This document shows positions 61,440-64,000 of a stretch of DNA of 64,000 nucleotides, in pieces. Made by a program: the position numbers and the translations under genes. Where the stretch lies: assembly GCF_006345805.1 (NCBI RefSeq), contig NC_043010.1, positions 12,524,001 to 12,588,000 on the forward strand, in the 5' to 3' direction. The notes under the pieces were generated by a model that ran no database searches, was not told the origin of the DNA, and saw only the letters and a program-made list of their open reading frames with translations. Position 1 is the stretch's first letter. Every line of letters begins with the position of its first letter. The stretch comes from Octopus sinensis. Taxonomy: Eukaryota.

Positions 61440-61596
61440 GCAGGAGTGGCTGTGTGGTAAGTAGCTTGCTAACCAACCACATGGTTCCGGGTTCAGTCCC
61501 ACTGCGTGGCATCTTGGGCAAGTGTCTTCTGCTATAGCACCGGGCCGACCAAAGCCTTGTGAGTGGATTTGGTAGACGGAAACTGAAAGAAGCCTG

Positions 61597-61627
<31 letters not shown>

Positions 61628-61861
61628 GTATGTGTGTGTGTTTGTGTGTCTGTGTTTGTCCCCCCAACATCGCTTGACAACCGATGCTGGTGTGTTTACG
61701 TCCCCGTAACTTAGCGGTTCGGCAAAAAAGAGACCGATAGAATAAGTACTAGGCTTACAAAGAATAAGTCCCGGGGTCGATTTGCTCGACTAAAGGCGGT
61801 GCTCCAGCATGGCCGCAGTCAAATGACTGAAACAAGTAAAAGAGTAAAAGAGTAAAGAGTA
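61440..61861 (+). mobile_element. SINE family A, full length
   Basis: Head through tail. Confidence 0.9.
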
Positions 61862-61954
61862 TATTTAATGTTATAGAAAGAAAGAAAGAATGAAAGAAAG
61901 AAAGAAAAAAAGAAAGAAAAAAGAGAGAGAGAGAGAAAATAGGACAGCTTCCAG

Positions 61955-62077
61955 CAATGCAGAAAGTTTCACAAACCTTTATGTTTCAGGTGCAAGGGAC
62001 CATCCTCAGAAGAAAAACAATCTGAAGATGGGTCTTTGCACCCGAAATATTAAGGTTTTGTAAAACTTTCCACATTG
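61955..62077. repeat. Foldback with a hammerhead-like motif in each arm
   Basis: ~57-bp imperfect arms; CTGAAGA..GAAA on the plus strand and CTGAGGA..GAAA on the minus strand. Confidence 0.75.
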
Positions 62078-62389
62078 TCAGAAGCTTTCCTATTTTCTCT
62101 CTTTTTTCCCACTTCTTCGATATTACAATGCTTCAAGTGAACTACAACACTCTCATTTAATGTTATATATATATCTAATTACAAATTAATGAAACGGCAG
62201 TTTTATAACACTTCTGTTGCTTATTGGTCACACCCTGTGGTTCCTCTTCACACCTCGGTATACTGCACCATTGAAGAGTTAAATGTTCTGCCAACAGAGA
62301 AAATATAACAACCAATGACAAAGCATGAACAATCAACTTGTTAACTGAATGTTGTCTGTGTTTTGTTATGATAAACTCAGTAAATCATT

Positions 62390-62599
62390 TACTCTTTTAC
62401 TTGTTTCAGTCATTTGACTGCGGCCATGCTGGAGCACCACCTTCAGTCGAGCAAATCGACCCCAGGACTTATTCTTTGTAAGCCTAGTACTTATTCTATC
62501 GGTCGCTTTTGCCGAACTGCTAAGTTACGGGGGACATAAACACACCAGCATCGGTTGCCAAGCAATGTTGGAGGGACAAACACAGACACACAAACGTAT

Positions 62600-62630
<31 letters not shown>

Positions 62631-62835
62631 AACACACACACATACATACACACACACATACACACATATATACATATATACGACGGGCTTCTTTCAGTTT
62701 CTGTTTACCAAATCCACTCACAAGGCTTTGGTCGGCCCAAAGCTATAGTAGAAGACTCTTGCCCAAGGTGCCACGCAGTGGGACTGAACCCGGAACCATG
62801 TGGTTGATAAGCGAGCTACTTACCAGCCAGCCTGA
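62390..62835 (-). mobile_element. SINE family A
   Basis: Body and tail match. Confidence 0.9.
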
Positions 62836-62949
62836 GACACTCCACCTCTCCAGTTCTCTGATACAAACTTCCTGTTTTGAAGTGATCTACATTAAAACCT
62901 TCCATTGAAATTTCATGTTGATTTTTTATTCCAAACACCAGCTTAATAA

Positions 62950-63152
62950 TGGTTTCAAATTTTGGCACAAGGCCAGCAAGTTTGGGATGGGAGGTAAGTT
63001 GATTACATTGGCCTCATTGCTCAACTGGTAATTATTTCATGACCCTGAAAGGATGAAAGGTAAAGTCAACCTTAGTGGAATTTGAACTCAGAACGAAATG
63101 CTGCTAAGCATTTTGCCCCGCATGCCAAACAACTCCACCAGCTTGCTGCCTT
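62950..63152 (-). mobile_element. SINE family B, short-tail variant
   Basis: Core match; flanking repeat ACACCAGCTTAATAAT. Confidence 0.75.
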
Positions 63153-63264
63153 ACACCAGCTTAATAATAAGAAATTATTTTACTAAATTCCTCATTTTCC
63201 TGAAAATTAATAGAAGCAAGGACAACAGATTTCAACGAAAATAGGCTAACAAAAGCTTGTAATT

Positions 63265-63308
<44 letters not shown>

Positions 63309-63312
<4 letters not shown>

Positions 63313-63715
63313 TTTTATAATTATGAGTATAATTATCATTCGGGTTCAGCAAAAAATTTGTTTCACACCACATACTGAAATTTAGAAATAGCAGTTAAAA
63401 CTAACTATTTCTCTACCATAAGAAAATCTCCAGACAACAATACTTGTTGAGTATTATTGTCTGGGAAATTTTCTTATGGCAGAGAAATAGCTAGTTTTAA
63501 CTGCTATATCTAAATTTTGGTAGAAATCTTTTGCTGAACCCTAATTATAATTATACTCATAATTATAAAAATTTTTGTTTACTGATAATGGTTCTCTTAA
63601 CATACCAAACTACTTGCAAAATTATTAATTATTAATCAATTAATTAATTTTAACCTTTATTATTATTGATATATATATCAATAATAATAAAGGTTAAAAT
63701 TAATTAGTTAATTGA

Positions 63716-63754
<39 letters not shown>

Positions 63755-64000
63755 TTTTATAATTATGAGTATAATTATCATTCGGGTTCAGCAAAAAATT
63801 TGTTTCACCACATACTGAAATTTAGAAATAGCAGTTAAAACTAACTATTTCTCTACCATAAGAAAATCTCCCAGACAACAATACTTGTTGAGTATTATTG
63901 TCTGGGAAATTTTCTTATGGCAGAGAAATAGCTAGTTTTAACTGCTATATCTAAATTTTGGTAGAAATCTTTTGCTGAACCCTAATTATAATTATACTCA
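63309..64000. repeat. ~266-bp imperfect palindrome repeated in tandem (63309-63574; 63751 to window end) with a perfect 66-bp palindrome (63641-63706) between the copies
   Basis: Direct reading; period ~442 bp; each unit follows (TA)n. Confidence 0.9.

Overview
Eukaryotic, AT-rich, repeat-saturated DNA, almost certainly from an octopus (coleoid cephalopod), judged from the protocadherin type and the SINE set. There is one clear protein-coding segment: a minus-strand protocadherin exon (2110-4500) encoding a signal peptide, six cadherin repeats, a transmembrane helix and the start of the cytoplasmic tail. It has a splice acceptor just upstream and a phase-0 donor at its end. The other ~60 kb is mostly tRNA-derived SINEs (labelled A-D and F here), LINE 3' fragments (CR1, RTE, HERO-like, R4/Dong-like), DNA-transposon MITEs (piggyBac-, mariner- and hAT-type), a Helentron-like tandem, microsatellites and one 100-N gap. 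The least expected signal is about a dozen type I hammerhead-ribozyme motifs from several sequence families: two near-canonical (4736-4784, 40837-40906) and the rest decayed. They usually lie near (TA)n tracts, and many are embedded in foldback inverted repeats, consistent with Penelope-like or retrozyme elements. No tools were run: alignments, folds and identities were done by eye, and SINE boundaries are approximate (about +/-10 bp).
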